In this document: positions 1-9,688 of the stretch, piece by piece
How positions within the stretch are numbered: position 1 is the stretch's first letter
Layout: every line of letters begins with the position of its first letter
NCBI GenBank assembly: GCA_965213625.1
Contig: CBDBZU010000004.1
Location: 3,520,001-3,584,000, forward strand
Direction of reading: 5' to 3'
DNA from: a bacterium
Lineage (GTDB): Bacteria; UBA8248
Length of the DNA: 64,000 nt
Made by a program: the position numbers and the translations under genes
Notes under the pieces: generated by a model
What the model saw: the letters and a program-made list of their open reading frames with translations, nothing else
Told to the model about the DNA's origin: nothing
Databases searched by the model: none

Positions 1-912
1 GGAACAACTTTTCGATGTGACGACCGCATCGCCTCGGTCTCTACCGAATTCATCCTGCGCAACCCTGCGCAGATTTCAAAGACGGTTGCTTCACCGCATC
101 GGGCGGATAGCCCTTGTGTCCATGTCGGTCTTCCCAGTGAGCAGCGGCTTTCCCAGTTAAACGAGACGCTCGACAGAATTGCCGAAGAGGCCAGTGGTTT
201 CGAGGGGAAATCGAGCGTGCTATTGCTCGGCCGCTACAATCACACGCGACCGAAAAACTTGTCCACACTCACCAAAAAGTACCCCGGTCTCTCGATTTCC
301 TATAAGACTGCACACCGATCCAAGGGTCTCGAGGCGGATTATGTCGTGGTGCTCGGCCTGTGTGCAGGAAAGCACGGTTTTCCATCCGAAAACGACGACG
401 ACGCGCTGTTCGATCTGGTCCTCGCGGCGCCCGAAGACTATCCAAACGCGGAGGAGCGGCGTCTGTTCTACGTCGCCCTTACCCGTGCGAGGCGCCGCGT
501 ATTTCTACTTGCCGAGGGTGGTCCGATTTCTCCCTTCGTAACGGAACTGCTCGAGGGCCGATACGAGGTCACCGTCTTCGGTCGTGCGCCGGAAGACGAC
601 GTTCACTGTCCCGTATGCATCAAGGGGCGTCTTGTGCACCGCGTAAGAAAAAGGAACGGCGGTGATTTCTATGGTTGTTCGAACTTCCCTTATTGCGAAC
701 ATACGCAGAGTCCTTGTCCGGTTTGCGGGAAGGGATTGCTCGTCAAGGAAGGCAAAGCATTCCGCTGCCGAGATTGCGATCAATCCATTGAGGCCTGCCC
801 CGATTGCGGAGGCTGGCTGCAGATGAAGACCGGTCAATATGGTCGTTTTTGGGGATGTTCGAATTATCCCTCGTGCACACTCACCCGCGACTATGGAGAA
901 GATCGCAAATGA
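1..912 (+). CDS. helD: UvrD-family helicase (DNA helicase IV-like) with C-terminal topoisomerase-type Zn ribbons; 5' end lies outside the window
   Basis: Frame is open from base 1. SF1 motifs TAHRSKGLEAD and EERRLFYVALTRAR are present, followed by repeated CPxC...F(Y/W)GCSN(F/Y)PxC zinc ribbons. Confidence 0.8.
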   Translation, partial: GTTFRCDDRIASVSTEFILRNPAQISKTVASPHRADSPCVHVGLPSEQRLSQLNETLDRIAEEASGFEGKSSVLLLGRYNHTRPKNLSTLTKKYPGLSISYKTAHRSKGLEADYVVVLGLCAGKHGFPSENDDDALFDLVLAAPEDYPNAEERRLFYVALTRARRRVFLLAEGGPISPFVTELLEGRYEVTVFGRAPEDDVHCPVCIKGRLVHRVRKRNGGDFYGCSNFPYCEHTQSPCPVCGKGLLVKEGKAFRCRDCDQSIEACPDCGGWLQMKTGQYGRFWGCSNYPSCTLTRDYGEDRK

Positions 913-1235
913 GCAGGACATCAACCCGGACAATCGACTTCAGGAGGAGAACGAGAAATCAATGGGACGGAATCTTTTAAATTTGCGGGATGGGTCTCCA
1001 TAATGAGTTTATGCTATCCATTTTACAGCGTTAGCTTGGAGTTGACCTAAGGTGACGGGAAATTTGGCTACCCTTGCCGTGTTCACCGTTTTTCTCTTTG
1101 GAGATTCTGCGCTCATTGTATGAAGTTCGACGGGCTTTCAGAGGGCCAGAAATTTCGCCAGTCTTTGATATCTTAATTTTTTTTTACGCTTGAAAACGGT
1201 CACAGAAGTTCATTACGCAAGGCAATCGCTCCACA

Positions 1236-1670
1236 TCATGGGTTGTCTTCGAGTTGGTCCGGTTCATATGGCGGGTTGAAAATCTCGTAGACCGTTTTCC
1301 ATGGCGCTATGGATGGCGGAACTTTGCAGTTTTCCCGGAATGCCTGATCGCGTAGTTGCCGGTTTTTCTCCTGAAGTCTGTTGAATTCTTCAAGCGTGCC
1401 AGCATCCCATCCGCTCATGCTGAGCCCGACCACACCAAAGATGAGAAATACCACCCCAAGTTGTATTGCTTCACCTGCATTTGTGCCTTCTTCATCGGAC
1501 CTGTTCCTTTTCCGGAACGCGGTGAAATCCTGTTCGTTCGCCTCGATGAGCGTTTCGAGTTTGATACAAGAGAGCGTTTTCGGGGGTTCGGCAGAGATAC
1601 TCGCGGGCAGGCCGAAACCATGGAGCGCCAGAGCGAACGCCATGATGCAGCGGATCGTTTTTCTCATCAT
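1236..1670 (-). CDS. Hypothetical exported/membrane protein
   Basis: Signal-like N-terminus and one hydrophobic segment; start overlaps the stop of the upstream gene. Confidence 0.55.
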   Translation of the reverse strand: MMRKTIRCIMAFALALHGFGLPASISAEPPKTLSCIKLETLIEANEQDFTAFRKRNRSDEEGTNAGEAIQLGVVFLIFGVVGLSMSGWDAGTLEEFNRLQEKNRQLRDQAFRENCKVPPSIAPWKTVYEIFNPPYEPDQLEDNP

Positions 1671-3055
1671 CGGTTACCCCCGAATGCGCCTGTGAGGTCC
1701 CGGCGCCTGAGAACGCCACCCATTCCCTCATGGTTTCTGCCGAAAAATGCGCCGGTGATGTCACCTTCGTCCTTGCTCTCGTGTCCCCAGTTGTGGAAGG
1801 TGTTGCTCAAGATGTGGACGGTATATTCAAGGTCCCCGTCTCCCCAGGTTTGGGTATTGCCGTATTCAAGATCAGTGAAGAAAAGCTCCCCCGAAGAGAG
1901 ATCGGCGAGTCTCACGTCGAGGCGGGCGGCGCCGGTCACCTTCCGCCCCGACGACGCGAAGCCCAGAAGCGATCCCTCCCACGTGGCTGATTCCTTCAGG
2001 AGGCGGTTGTCGCTCAGGTTCCCGGCCGGTTTCGGGCCGTGAACCCATGGGTGAGCCATGCCGTTTCTCTTGGAGACGCCGAAGGAGACCGTGTCTCCTG
2101 CCACGTCGAACTCTCCCCGAAGATGGGAAGAGACGCTTTCCCATGGACCGAGGTTTTCAGCGGTGATTTCACTTTCAGGCGTGCCCGGTTCGAATCTGGC
2201 GTAGGCCGCGAGTACCGCATCCTTGTCGATCTCCATCAGCAACAATGTTCCCAGAAGCGGGATAAGGGCGTTGGTTTGCGCGTTCATGATGGAGAGCGGG
2301 AAGCGATCCGCGTCCGAGTGTCCCCACATTCCAAGTGCGTGCAGCAGTTCGTGTACGATGACGGGTATAAATATCTCGTGGTTTTCTCCCGTGTCGATCA
2401 GAATTTGCGACGAATGGGCCTTATGATTCCGGGTCGAGCCATGCGCAGTTCCCAGGGTCGACGGCGATGAGAAATATCTTATCGGCCATTCGTTTTGAGG
2501 AAGGAACTCGATATGGATATTTCCGAACGGCACGTCTCTGGCGTCTCTTGTTTTCGGGGCATTAGACTCTCCGAAGACGATCTGCTTGTTGTAGGGTAAG
2601 ATTGAGTTGACGATTCGCACCGCGTGTATTGTGGCCGTGGTGAACTTCTCATCAGTTCCTTCTGCGACACTCACCGTCGGGGGATTCTCGAACGTGGCGA
2701 GATATCCCGCATCTGTGGTCATCTCCCGCATATAGGTGACGATGTCGGCGGCGCTTTCTCCGTCGGCAACTCGGCCTTCATAAAACCGTATGCCGCTTTC
2801 CGTGCTGGTGTACCGGAGGTTTTCAGCAGGCGCACCGAAGCTCGCTCCGATGTGATGTATGGCTCCCAAACCCCAAACGTCCCATATCGGGGCCGGTGGG
2901 TTTTGCGAAGTGTGAGTTGACGGTGGCATCGGTGCAGGTTCCGGGGCCGAGACTCTTGCGGCGCCGCCTTCCCCTCCGCAGGCGGCTGCCAGGAACACCA
3001 GGAATATCAGGATGAAAACGTAGGGTGTTGATATCAGCTTTTTCATATTCTTCAT
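1667..3055 (-). CDS. Lipoprotein with a metzincin-like Zn protease domain and a C-terminal TbpB/HupA-like beta-barrel
   Basis: Lipobox LAAAC; HELLHALGMWGH plus Met-turn SIMN; C-terminal SATWEG...GAFFGRNHEGMGG...GAFGG barrel signature. Confidence 0.7.
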   Translation of the reverse strand: MKNMKKLISTPYVFILIFLVFLAAACGGEGGAARVSAPEPAPMPPSTHTSQNPPAPIWDVWGLGAIHHIGASFGAPAENLRYTSTESGIRFYEGRVADGESAADIVTYMREMTTDAGYLATFENPPTVSVAEGTDEKFTTATIHAVRIVNSILPYNKQIVFGESNAPKTRDARDVPFGNIHIEFLPQNEWPIRYFSSPSTLGTAHGSTRNHKAHSSQILIDTGENHEIFIPVIVHELLHALGMWGHSDADRFPLSIMNAQTNALIPLLGTLLLMEIDKDAVLAAYARFEPGTPESEITAENLGPWESVSSHLRGEFDVAGDTVSFGVSKRNGMAHPWVHGPKPAGNLSDNRLLKESATWEGSLLGFASSGRKVTGAARLDVRLADLSSGELFFTDLEYGNTQTWGDGDLEYTVHILSNTFHNWGHESKDEGDITGAFFGRNHEGMGGVLRRRDLTGAFGGNR

Positions 3056-3558
3056 TTCAGATGGAATATCTCCACTATTAATGCCTGGTATTTTCTCAAA
3101 GCAACTACTCCGGGTTCGCTATATACCGGCTCTTGTACATTTATCAGTTCTGGAAGATCGTTTTCCCGTTTCACCGAAGCTCCCTTAAGCGGGGCAATAG
3201 CCTCAATGAGTTCCTTGAACTCTGGATGTCCATATTGAACTGTTAACGATAGATGGTGAGTACTCTTTATCTCACTTGTTGGCGGGGCGGAAATATTTTC
3301 TCGGGTTCTTTGCAGAAATCATTCGACGAATACTGCGGTTGCTTGCGGTTCACGTTGTGAAAAGTATATATAACGATAATCTAACCGAATCAACTCCGGA
3401 TGGGCTATACAAGATTCTTGAGTCGGGAACTGTCCGATTATCCATACAATGACCACGACTTTCTCTCCTCGCCTGGTGGTATCGGTTCCCACTCCCCATT
3501 GAAGAATCGATTCACCGGGCGGGAGAGATTGTCGTGGCTTTGAGCCAGCAGATTCCGC

Positions 3559-3810
3559 TTATACCTCCCCCGACATCGCCCGCGCGATCAGGCCTCCGAC
3601 CTTCTCCGCGGCCTCAATGAGATGGTCATCTGCAAGATGCGCATATCCCGCCGTGGTCCGGCACCGCCTGTGCCGAGGAGTTTTCCGACAAGCGGCAGGT
3701 TTTCGCCCGACATGACGTCGAGGCTGGCCATGGTGTGGCGGAGATCACGGAGCCGCTATCTACCCAGCCCCGCATCCTCGCACACCGCCTGTCAGCAAAG
3801 CCGAAGCGCG
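3559..3810 (-). pseudogene. Tyrosine integrase C-terminal remnant
   Basis: Manual translation gives AGLGR*RLRDLRHTMAS..GENLPLVGKLLG, then a frameshift, then HRRCRTTAGYAHLADDHLIEAAEKVG. Contains an in-frame stop and a frameshift. Confidence 0.7.
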
Positions 3811-4013
3811 TCCCTGTCTCCATTCCTCGGCTTAGGACGGAAACAGGAAGCTCTCCGGTAAGCGATGGAGTGGACGTGCCCTCCCGGCGCCATCACACTA
3901 GGGCGAGTTGACATGGTCTGCCTCCCTGCGGGAGGAGCGAGATGGGCCAGTAACTGCTGCTGTGATGAGGGCGGAGCGGTATCCATCCAGAAGTGTAATA
4001 CTCACGGAACTCA

Positions 4014-4196
4014 CTCGAGTGCGTCCGCGCTCTGGTGGATTATATCGAAATACCCTAATCGCTCGCGGCCTTCGGCGCCAAGGAGGAATATCTCGATCGC
4101 ATGGCGCACGAGGCGACCACCAGCGCCACAGTGGCGACGAATCCCGTGCCCGCCGATGCCGAGGATATGTAGCGAATTTATCTGGAGTTGATGTAA
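4014..4196 (+). pseudogene. C-terminal remnant of an iron-containing alcohol dehydrogenase-like gene
   Basis: Manual translation LECVRALVDYIEIP*SLAAFGAKEEYLDRMAHEA..ATNPVPADAEDM*RIYLELM* resembles Fe-ADH C-termini (IPxxL..G...NP) and has two internal stops. Confidence 0.5.
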
Positions 4197-4235
4197 TGGT
4201 ATAAGAAGAAACAACTAAGCTATTTATTTTATTAA

Positions 4236-5684
4236 GAGCTTCTTGCAAAAACCTCAAGGAGGATTGTGAGATATTGCGCAGGAGGCCAAGTGGGCTTGAG
4301 GAACGCAGCATGTGTTTGGAGAATTGGGCGTTTCGCGGTGAGCGGTAGGAGCGGAGGCCAGAGAACAGGCGAACCGGGTTCGTCCGGGCAGGCTTCATCG
4401 CGCCGCTCAGGCTATGTGACGGGATGCGAGGTCGTTCCATGGGGCCGGTGCGGGTTCAGAGCGTCAGGCGCATGAGCTGATCGAGGGTGAGGGCGAGGAC
4501 GCCGAACATCAGGTGGCAGAAGACCTTCTCATGGCCCCGCACGCGGACGTGGCGCCCGCCATAGGAATCCTTGATTCGGCTGTTCACACGTTCGACTGTG
4601 GAGCGTTCGTTGTAGCGCACTCTTCGGGGGTCGCTGTATCCGGCGCAGCGCCGGGCGCGAGCCTCCCTGGCACGTTCCTTCTTACGCTCCTTGTCCCGGT
4701 GGGTGTTGACGTCGATGATCGGAACATGACCTGAGAGGTAGCTGTGCCGGCCGATCTCTTTGCTGTCGCAGGCCGCATCCATCAGTTCATAGAGGTATGT
4801 CACCCGTTCCGTGCTCAGGGTCGCTAGGGGGATGGCCGCCTGGCTGTCATGCAAGGAGGCCGAGGTCAACAGGCAGCTGATGGGGACCCCGGAGTCGGCG
4901 GCGTCCACATGCAGCTTGTAACCCCTCCAGGTCTCAAGAAAACCCTTCGCGTTTTTCCTCACGCCAACCGTCGGGGCCGTCGGCAACTCATCCAGCATCG
5001 TGTCGCGGTCCATGCGCAACTGCCGCTGCAGCCGGCTCGGCCGTTTCGCCTTCTCGTCTTTGGGTTCGGGCTTCTCACGAGCGTCAATAGCGGTCGAATC
5101 GCGTGAGATGTGACCGACAATCGTCTCCTCAAACGCCGCCTTGACCACGGCCTCGTGCATCCGCTCGGGCAGCCTGCTCCGCGCGAACTCTCCAAAGGCG
5201 CGCGAAAACGTCGATTCGCTCGGTATCTCGCCCACACGCGACCAGCCACACAGACGCCGCAGCACAGGGTCACACGCGACGCGGTCCATCAAGTCCCGCG
5301 TGGTCGGAAAGTCCCATACGGCCTTGGCGATGAACGCGCGCGCCAGCGCCCCACGGTCTTCTGCCGGACGACCGCTCCCGCCGCTACGCACACCGACGAA
5401 GCCCTCCACCGCAACCACGTCGAGAACGGCTACCAGCCGCCTGTGCTTCGTTTGCAGTTCGCCGACCTCTTCGGCCAGCCTGGGAAACAATCCACCTTGA
5501 AACCGCTTCCAGATGTCGGTTAAACTCGATACCAAGGACATGGGGCGTTCCCTCCGCTTCAGGATGTTGTAGGGCTCATAACCACAACATAGCAGGGAAC
5601 GCCCCCTTGTCCACTTGAATCCCTCCAACCTTCACTCAACCTCGAAACTTATCCCCTGCTCCAATGGGGTTTTGCAAAAGGCCC
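4236..5684 (-). mobile_element. Insertion sequence, IS5/IS1182-like DDE type, copy 1 (1449 bp)
   Basis: Imperfect terminal IRs GAGCTTCTTGCAAAAAC / GGGCCTTTTGCAAAAC; near-identical inverted copy at 21041-25355. Confidence 0.9.
4456..5541 (-). CDS. DDE transposase (DUF772-like N-terminus + DDE_Tnp_1)
   Basis: Motifs PSESTFSR, RDSTAI, GYKLH, LHDSQ and RSTVERVNSRIK; ATG at 5541 follows a GGAGG RBS. Confidence 0.9.
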   Translation of the reverse strand: MSLVSSLTDIWKRFQGGLFPRLAEEVGELQTKHRRLVAVLDVVAVEGFVGVRSGGSGRPAEDRGALARAFIAKAVWDFPTTRDLMDRVACDPVLRRLCGWSRVGEIPSESTFSRAFGEFARSRLPERMHEAVVKAAFEETIVGHISRDSTAIDAREKPEPKDEKAKRPSRLQRQLRMDRDTMLDELPTAPTVGVRKNAKGFLETWRGYKLHVDAADSGVPISCLLTSASLHDSQAAIPLATLSTERVTYLYELMDAACDSKEIGRHSYLSGHVPIIDVNTHRDKERKKERAREARARRCAGYSDPRRVRYNERSTVERVNSRIKDSYGGRHVRVRGHEKVFCHLMFGVLALTLDQLMRLTL

Positions 5685-5741
5685 TATAGTAATATCAATA
5701 TTTTATATGCAAAAAATAATCTAAATTATGAACAAAATAAA

Positions 5742-5771
5742 TTGACATTGTGAATTCCAAAAGAATAAAAT
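5742..5771 (+). promoter_or_regulatory. Sigma70-type promoter of the precursor gene
   Basis: TTGACA-18 nt-TAAAAT in AT-rich DNA, 60 bp upstream of ATG 5831. Confidence 0.55.
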
Positions 5772-5830
5772 GAGAATTGAAGCCTAATTAGTTTGGTTGT
5801 GAGCATCTAACAATTTAAAGGGGTATAGTA

Positions 5831-6082
5831 ATGAGAAGCGGCGATGAAATGTTGAAGCAGATTGTAGATAAGTCCGCCCTGGACGCGGATTTCAGGCAAC
5901 AGTTGCTCGCAGACCCGAAGTCGACCATCAGTCAGGAATTGGGTATTACGATCCCCGATTCGATGAATATCATGGTCCATGAGAGCGACATGCAGACGGT
6001 GCATCTGGCGTTGCCCCCTGATCCGAATATCACCGAGGAGCAACTCGAAGCCATCTCGGCCGGTCTCTGCTGCTGCTGGTAA
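5831..6082 (+). CDS. srpE: NHLP-leader (proteusin) RiPP precursor, core LCCCW (SrpE-like)
   Basis: Nitrile-hydratase-like leader (DADFRQQLLADPK...VHLALPP) ends in the double-glycine-type site ITEEQLEAISAG, followed by core LCCCW. Confidence 0.92.
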   Translation: MRSGDEMLKQIVDKSALDADFRQQLLADPKSTISQELGITIPDSMNIMVHESDMQTVHLALPPDPNITEEQLEAISAGLCCCW

Positions 6083-6148
6083 ACCCGACAGCCCGAGATT
6101 AGCGGGGTCAAAGACGCGGAACAATTTGGACCCGCATAGTGCAAACAA

Positions 6149-6186
6149 AAACAACTCCTCGTCCCTACCGGGGCGAGGGTTTGTTT
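6149..6186. terminator. Bidirectional intrinsic terminator between convergent genes
   Basis: Hairpin AACAAC-TCCTCGTCCC-TACC-GGGGCGAGGG-TTTGTTT with A- and T-rich flanks. Confidence 0.6.
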
Positions 6187-6205
6187 ATGCCCGCTTGAGA
6201 CCGGA

Positions 6206-7324
6206 TTATGTGGAGACCGCTCCGGAAAGCACCATGTAAACATAGGCCTTGGCTTGCCTGAGCCGATTTCCGGAAATGACCAGTTTTATGTGGTGAATGC
6301 CGCGCAACATGAGAAACTGCCCGGTCCTGGCGAACAGAGTCGTCGGTTTCGAAACCCAATCGGCAAGCGCCTCAATCTTTTCCGGAACGACAAAGTCCTC
6401 ATGGCTCAGGGCGTCGAGAAAGGGGTCCCAATCGGTCAGGCCGTCGAGCCAGTAACGTGAATCTTTCGTATATCTCTGCTTGACGATGAGCGTCAGGCCG
6501 AGCGTCGGACCGACACCGTCCGCCTGCACGTCAACATTCGCTCCGGTTCTCACAATATCCGCGCGTTCCTTGAAGCGTGAAATCAAAGCGTCTACGGCCG
6601 AGAGCCGACCCGGCCAGCCAATGTTCTCGAGATAGGAACAAATATCCCCCTGTGATTTGAAGCCCATGATCGCCAGGCGGATTGTGCGTTCGCGAGAGGG
6701 GAATATCCCGAAAGAATCCAGGCGCGTGTCTTCCGGCTGCGCCAGGTAAACCCGTTCGGCGTTTTTCCGTTCAGCGGCTATCTTTTCCCAGCCGACGCAG
6801 GAAACGAGGGCGTCAACCACGACTCCGACATCGGTCTGGAGGCCGTCGCCACCGGATAACGTGCGTTCGTTGGGCCGCAGGAACATTCCCGGCAGCGAAT
6901 CTTTACTTCCCGGCGCCGAATCTATGTCATATTCCAGCATCAATTTACGTCCCACAATCTCTCGCAGAGGCGAGTCCTGGGCTTCCATTTCCCTGAACAG
7001 CCGCCTGACCGCTCTCGCAGTTTTATCCGCCTCGTCGGTCCGCGCCCGCTCCTCGAAAAAATCGCCTGACCGGTTTCCGCTCGCCAGCGAGACGCCGAAA
7101 TCCGCCGCCGGCCGACTGTCATGCAGAGGCAGTTCGAAGCCGAACGGCTGGGCGCCCATGGTAATGGGAAGTCGGCTCGCACGTTCCAGTATGCGCCCCC
7201 ACTCCCGCTCTCCGATAAGAGTCGGAGAAATTCTGCTTCGAAATTGCCCGAGCAATTCAGCCATGGTGCCGCCTTCTTGGACGAGGCGGTCCTGGGTAAG
7301 CGCGACTGCTTCGTCGATATCCAT
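6206..7324 (-). CDS. Uncharacterised RiPP-associated protein, candidate ABBA-type aromatic prenyltransferase
   Basis: 372 aa with a good RBS, last gene of the operon. Short strand-like motifs FGFE, LEYD, PGMFL and HHIKL..AKAYVY. The function is inferred. Confidence 0.55.
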   Translation of the reverse strand: MDIDEAVALTQDRLVQEGGTMAELLGQFRSRISPTLIGEREWGRILERASRLPITMGAQPFGFELPLHDSRPAADFGVSLASGNRSGDFFEERARTDEADKTARAVRRLFREMEAQDSPLREIVGRKLMLEYDIDSAPGSKDSLPGMFLRPNERTLSGGDGLQTDVGVVVDALVSCVGWEKIAAERKNAERVYLAQPEDTRLDSFGIFPSRERTIRLAIMGFKSQGDICSYLENIGWPGRLSAVDALISRFKERADIVRTGANVDVQADGVGPTLGLTLIVKQRYTKDSRYWLDGLTDWDPFLDALSHEDFVVPEKIEALADWVSKPTTLFARTGQFLMLRGIHHIKLVISGNRLRQAKAYVYMVLSGAVST

Positions 7325-7333
7325 ATTGCCTCC

Positions 7334-9688
7334 TTACGCGATCACGGGTGCGGGATTCAAATCGGCTTCGGCCAGGGAGCGCTTCAGGCGGCCCATGCCG
7401 ACAGGAACGTCGTACAGGCGCCCGGGCGCGAATCTTGGCCAAAAATGACGCATGCCCGGTACGATGACCCGCGCAACCGGCATACCGATGTCCGGCCGGG
7501 TCTGGTCCAGCACGAGGAACTCCATGCCCCTGGCTTCCACCAACGATCGGCAATGTTCCACATCCTCAAGCGTGTCCGCGGATTCGATCACCGGATACTG
7601 TGAGCCTTGCTTGAGCGGCGCGTCCGGCGCCGACGCCAGCCAGGAACAATCGGCGATTCGAGCTGTCTTCCACCACGTGAGCGCCAAGGGATCGTCGATC
7701 ATCGGCCGGCCGTCGCCCCTTCCGGGACGCGGCAGCCAGGTAAGACATTGGTTCAACTCGCAAATCGCGCGCAGGGCCGCCAGTCGCGGGTCGGCATGAG
7801 CGCCTGCGCCGTATATGATGTCCTCGGTTTCCGCGTCCGGTCTGCGCGAGAGCGCAACGAACGAAGGGATACCAATGTCGGAAGTAACGTCGAGCATCCA
7901 CACTTCCCGCTCGTAGCGACCATAATAATCCGCGGCCGATGCCAGGAATTCATCATCAAAACTGGAGAGATCGACCCCGGGCGCTCTCAGCCCGTTATAC
8001 CACCAGATGGCGAACGCATCGCGCTCGACCAGTTCATAGAAGCCTTGCAGGATGGCCTCCTCCAGGATGTTCCCTGCGGCGCAGCCGTTCGAGTCGGCAA
8101 TCAGTTCGGCATCTCCGCGCTGTTCGGCAGACATGCTGTAGAGCATCGACGTCGGCAGATAGCGATGCCGCCGCTGCGTGAACGACCACACGGGCGTCCA
8201 GTCGATTGCGGCATCGGGCTCGAGACGCGGCGGGACGATGTTGTACGGGTGGCCTTTCGCGTTGATCCTCTCCGCGTCGTCAAGCTGACCCTCGCTGAAA
8301 AGCTGCGCATCGTTGGGATGGATAGCCTCGTCTTCTGCGGCGAAGTCGACGAATCGCTTGCGGATGCGTATCTCGTCTCCGCAATATGCGCCCGAATAAC
8401 GCTCTAGCGCCTCGCATAGGGCGCTGGCCTCGGATTGTTCCCGCGTGCTGCCCTTGCCGGCGCTCTTGCTGCGCAGGCTGCGCCTGAGCGAACTCAGGCT
8501 CCGGCTTCTCGTGGCGGGATTGCTTCCGGCCCAATAGACGTGCAGCCAGGAATCGCTCTCGTCGGTAGTGCGCGTCAGCCAGGTGACGACCCCGCTGATC
8601 GGGCTCACCAAGTGGCGGTATTTCGTCAGGGTGGCTTCCGGCGTCACGGCCCGCGCACCACCGCTGTTGCGATGGGTTTTGGGACTCGATTTCAGGCGCA
8701 GCGGCGCAGGCTGCCGGTCCGGCCGGTACAACGCCTCGTCGCCACAGGCCGGGCACTGCGGGCGGCGCGTCACTGCGTGCTGCGAACTTGTGAACGAGCC
8801 GAGGTTCATCGCTATTGCCCTCTCGTGAATCGGGGCCGCCTCTTCCAGCACCAGCCATTTGACGATTTCGGCCGCTATCAGCCCGTACAAGGCTTCGAGC
8901 GCCGTCGGCTCCGCCGCAAACGGCTTGAAGGCGGCTTCCTCTCCGGCAACGCTACGCAGGAAATTGTGGACCTCCTTATGACTGCGCAGGCGGTGAACCA
9001 GACATTCCCAGCAGGGTCCTTGTCTATCCGCGCGGAAGACGGGGCCGAACAGCGCCTCCATGCCGTGCGGCCGCACCAGCGTCCACGGCGCTCTCGCCTC
9101 GAGGCGGCGCCGATTCACGTCTTCAAACCGTGCTTCGAGATAATCGTCGCAGACGATAACGGTGAGCCGTGGATCGCAGGCCGCCACACAGACGCCGCTC
9201 TCTTCCAGATGCCGGACGAGGCGGCCGTCGTCACCTTCGACCGCGATGCGCGATTCCGCCAGCCGCCCTTCGACCCAGCGGGGCGATGCGCCGAGCGAGG
9301 TCCAATAGGCCGCACGAGGTCGGTCCATGCCATGATCGGCGGAGACGACGTAGCCCCTGTCGGAGAGTGAAACAACCGCCGCATGAACGTTAGCGGCGGC
9401 ATGGCGGCCATCGAGGGCGGCGACAATCCCGGCAAGCGGGCGCCGGTCGCCCAGAAGCGGTAGCAGGTCGCAATACAGGCCGCCGTGCAGCAGGGTATCG
9501 AACGACTCGGAAACCAGCAGCGTCTGCTGCTCGTCAATTTCGTGGAACTGCAGGTGCGGGGTAAGCGCGGGGAACTCGACGAGGCCTTCGTCCGCTGGGG
9601 TCGTTTTCGTCAATATCCCGCGTCTTGGATTCATTTTCGTCTGCGACGTCTTGCGGGAATTCCGCGTCTGCTCAATCGGCGCCTTCAT
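7334..9688 (-). CDS. srpC: Fused E1-like/YcaO cyclodehydratase (TOMM type, SrpC-like)
   Basis: Zn sites GPCWECL and CPACG; YcaO motifs SAGKG, EALERYS, SNGCAAG and ELVERDA; Pro-rich C-terminus NPAPVIA. The likely start ATG 9688 overlaps the upstream stop (ATGA). Confidence 0.9.
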   Translation of the reverse strand: MKAPIEQTRNSRKTSQTKMNPRRGILTKTTPADEGLVEFPALTPHLQFHEIDEQQTLLVSESFDTLLHGGLYCDLLPLLGDRRPLAGIVAALDGRHAAANVHAAVVSLSDRGYVVSADHGMDRPRAAYWTSLGASPRWVEGRLAESRIAVEGDDGRLVRHLEESGVCVAACDPRLTVIVCDDYLEARFEDVNRRRLEARAPWTLVRPHGMEALFGPVFRADRQGPCWECLVHRLRSHKEVHNFLRSVAGEEAAFKPFAAEPTALEALYGLIAAEIVKWLVLEEAAPIHERAIAMNLGSFTSSQHAVTRRPQCPACGDEALYRPDRQPAPLRLKSSPKTHRNSGGARAVTPEATLTKYRHLVSPISGVVTWLTRTTDESDSWLHVYWAGSNPATRSRSLSSLRRSLRSKSAGKGSTREQSEASALCEALERYSGAYCGDEIRIRKRFVDFAAEDEAIHPNDAQLFSEGQLDDAERINAKGHPYNIVPPRLEPDAAIDWTPVWSFTQRRHRYLPTSMLYSMSAEQRGDAELIADSNGCAAGNILEEAILQGFYELVERDAFAIWWYNGLRAPGVDLSSFDDEFLASAADYYGRYEREVWMLDVTSDIGIPSFVALSRRPDAETEDIIYGAGAHADPRLAALRAICELNQCLTWLPRPGRGDGRPMIDDPLALTWWKTARIADCSWLASAPDAPLKQGSQYPVIESADTLEDVEHCRSLVEARGMEFLVLDQTRPDIGMPVARVIVPGMRHFWPRFAPGRLYDVPVGMGRLKRSLAEADLNPAPVIA

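Noticed and set aside
5831-6082. LCCCW proteusin as a wholly new RiPP class
   Set aside because: It matches my recollection of the described srp family. Any novelty lies in the uncharacterised tailoring enzymes, the product and the mobile context.
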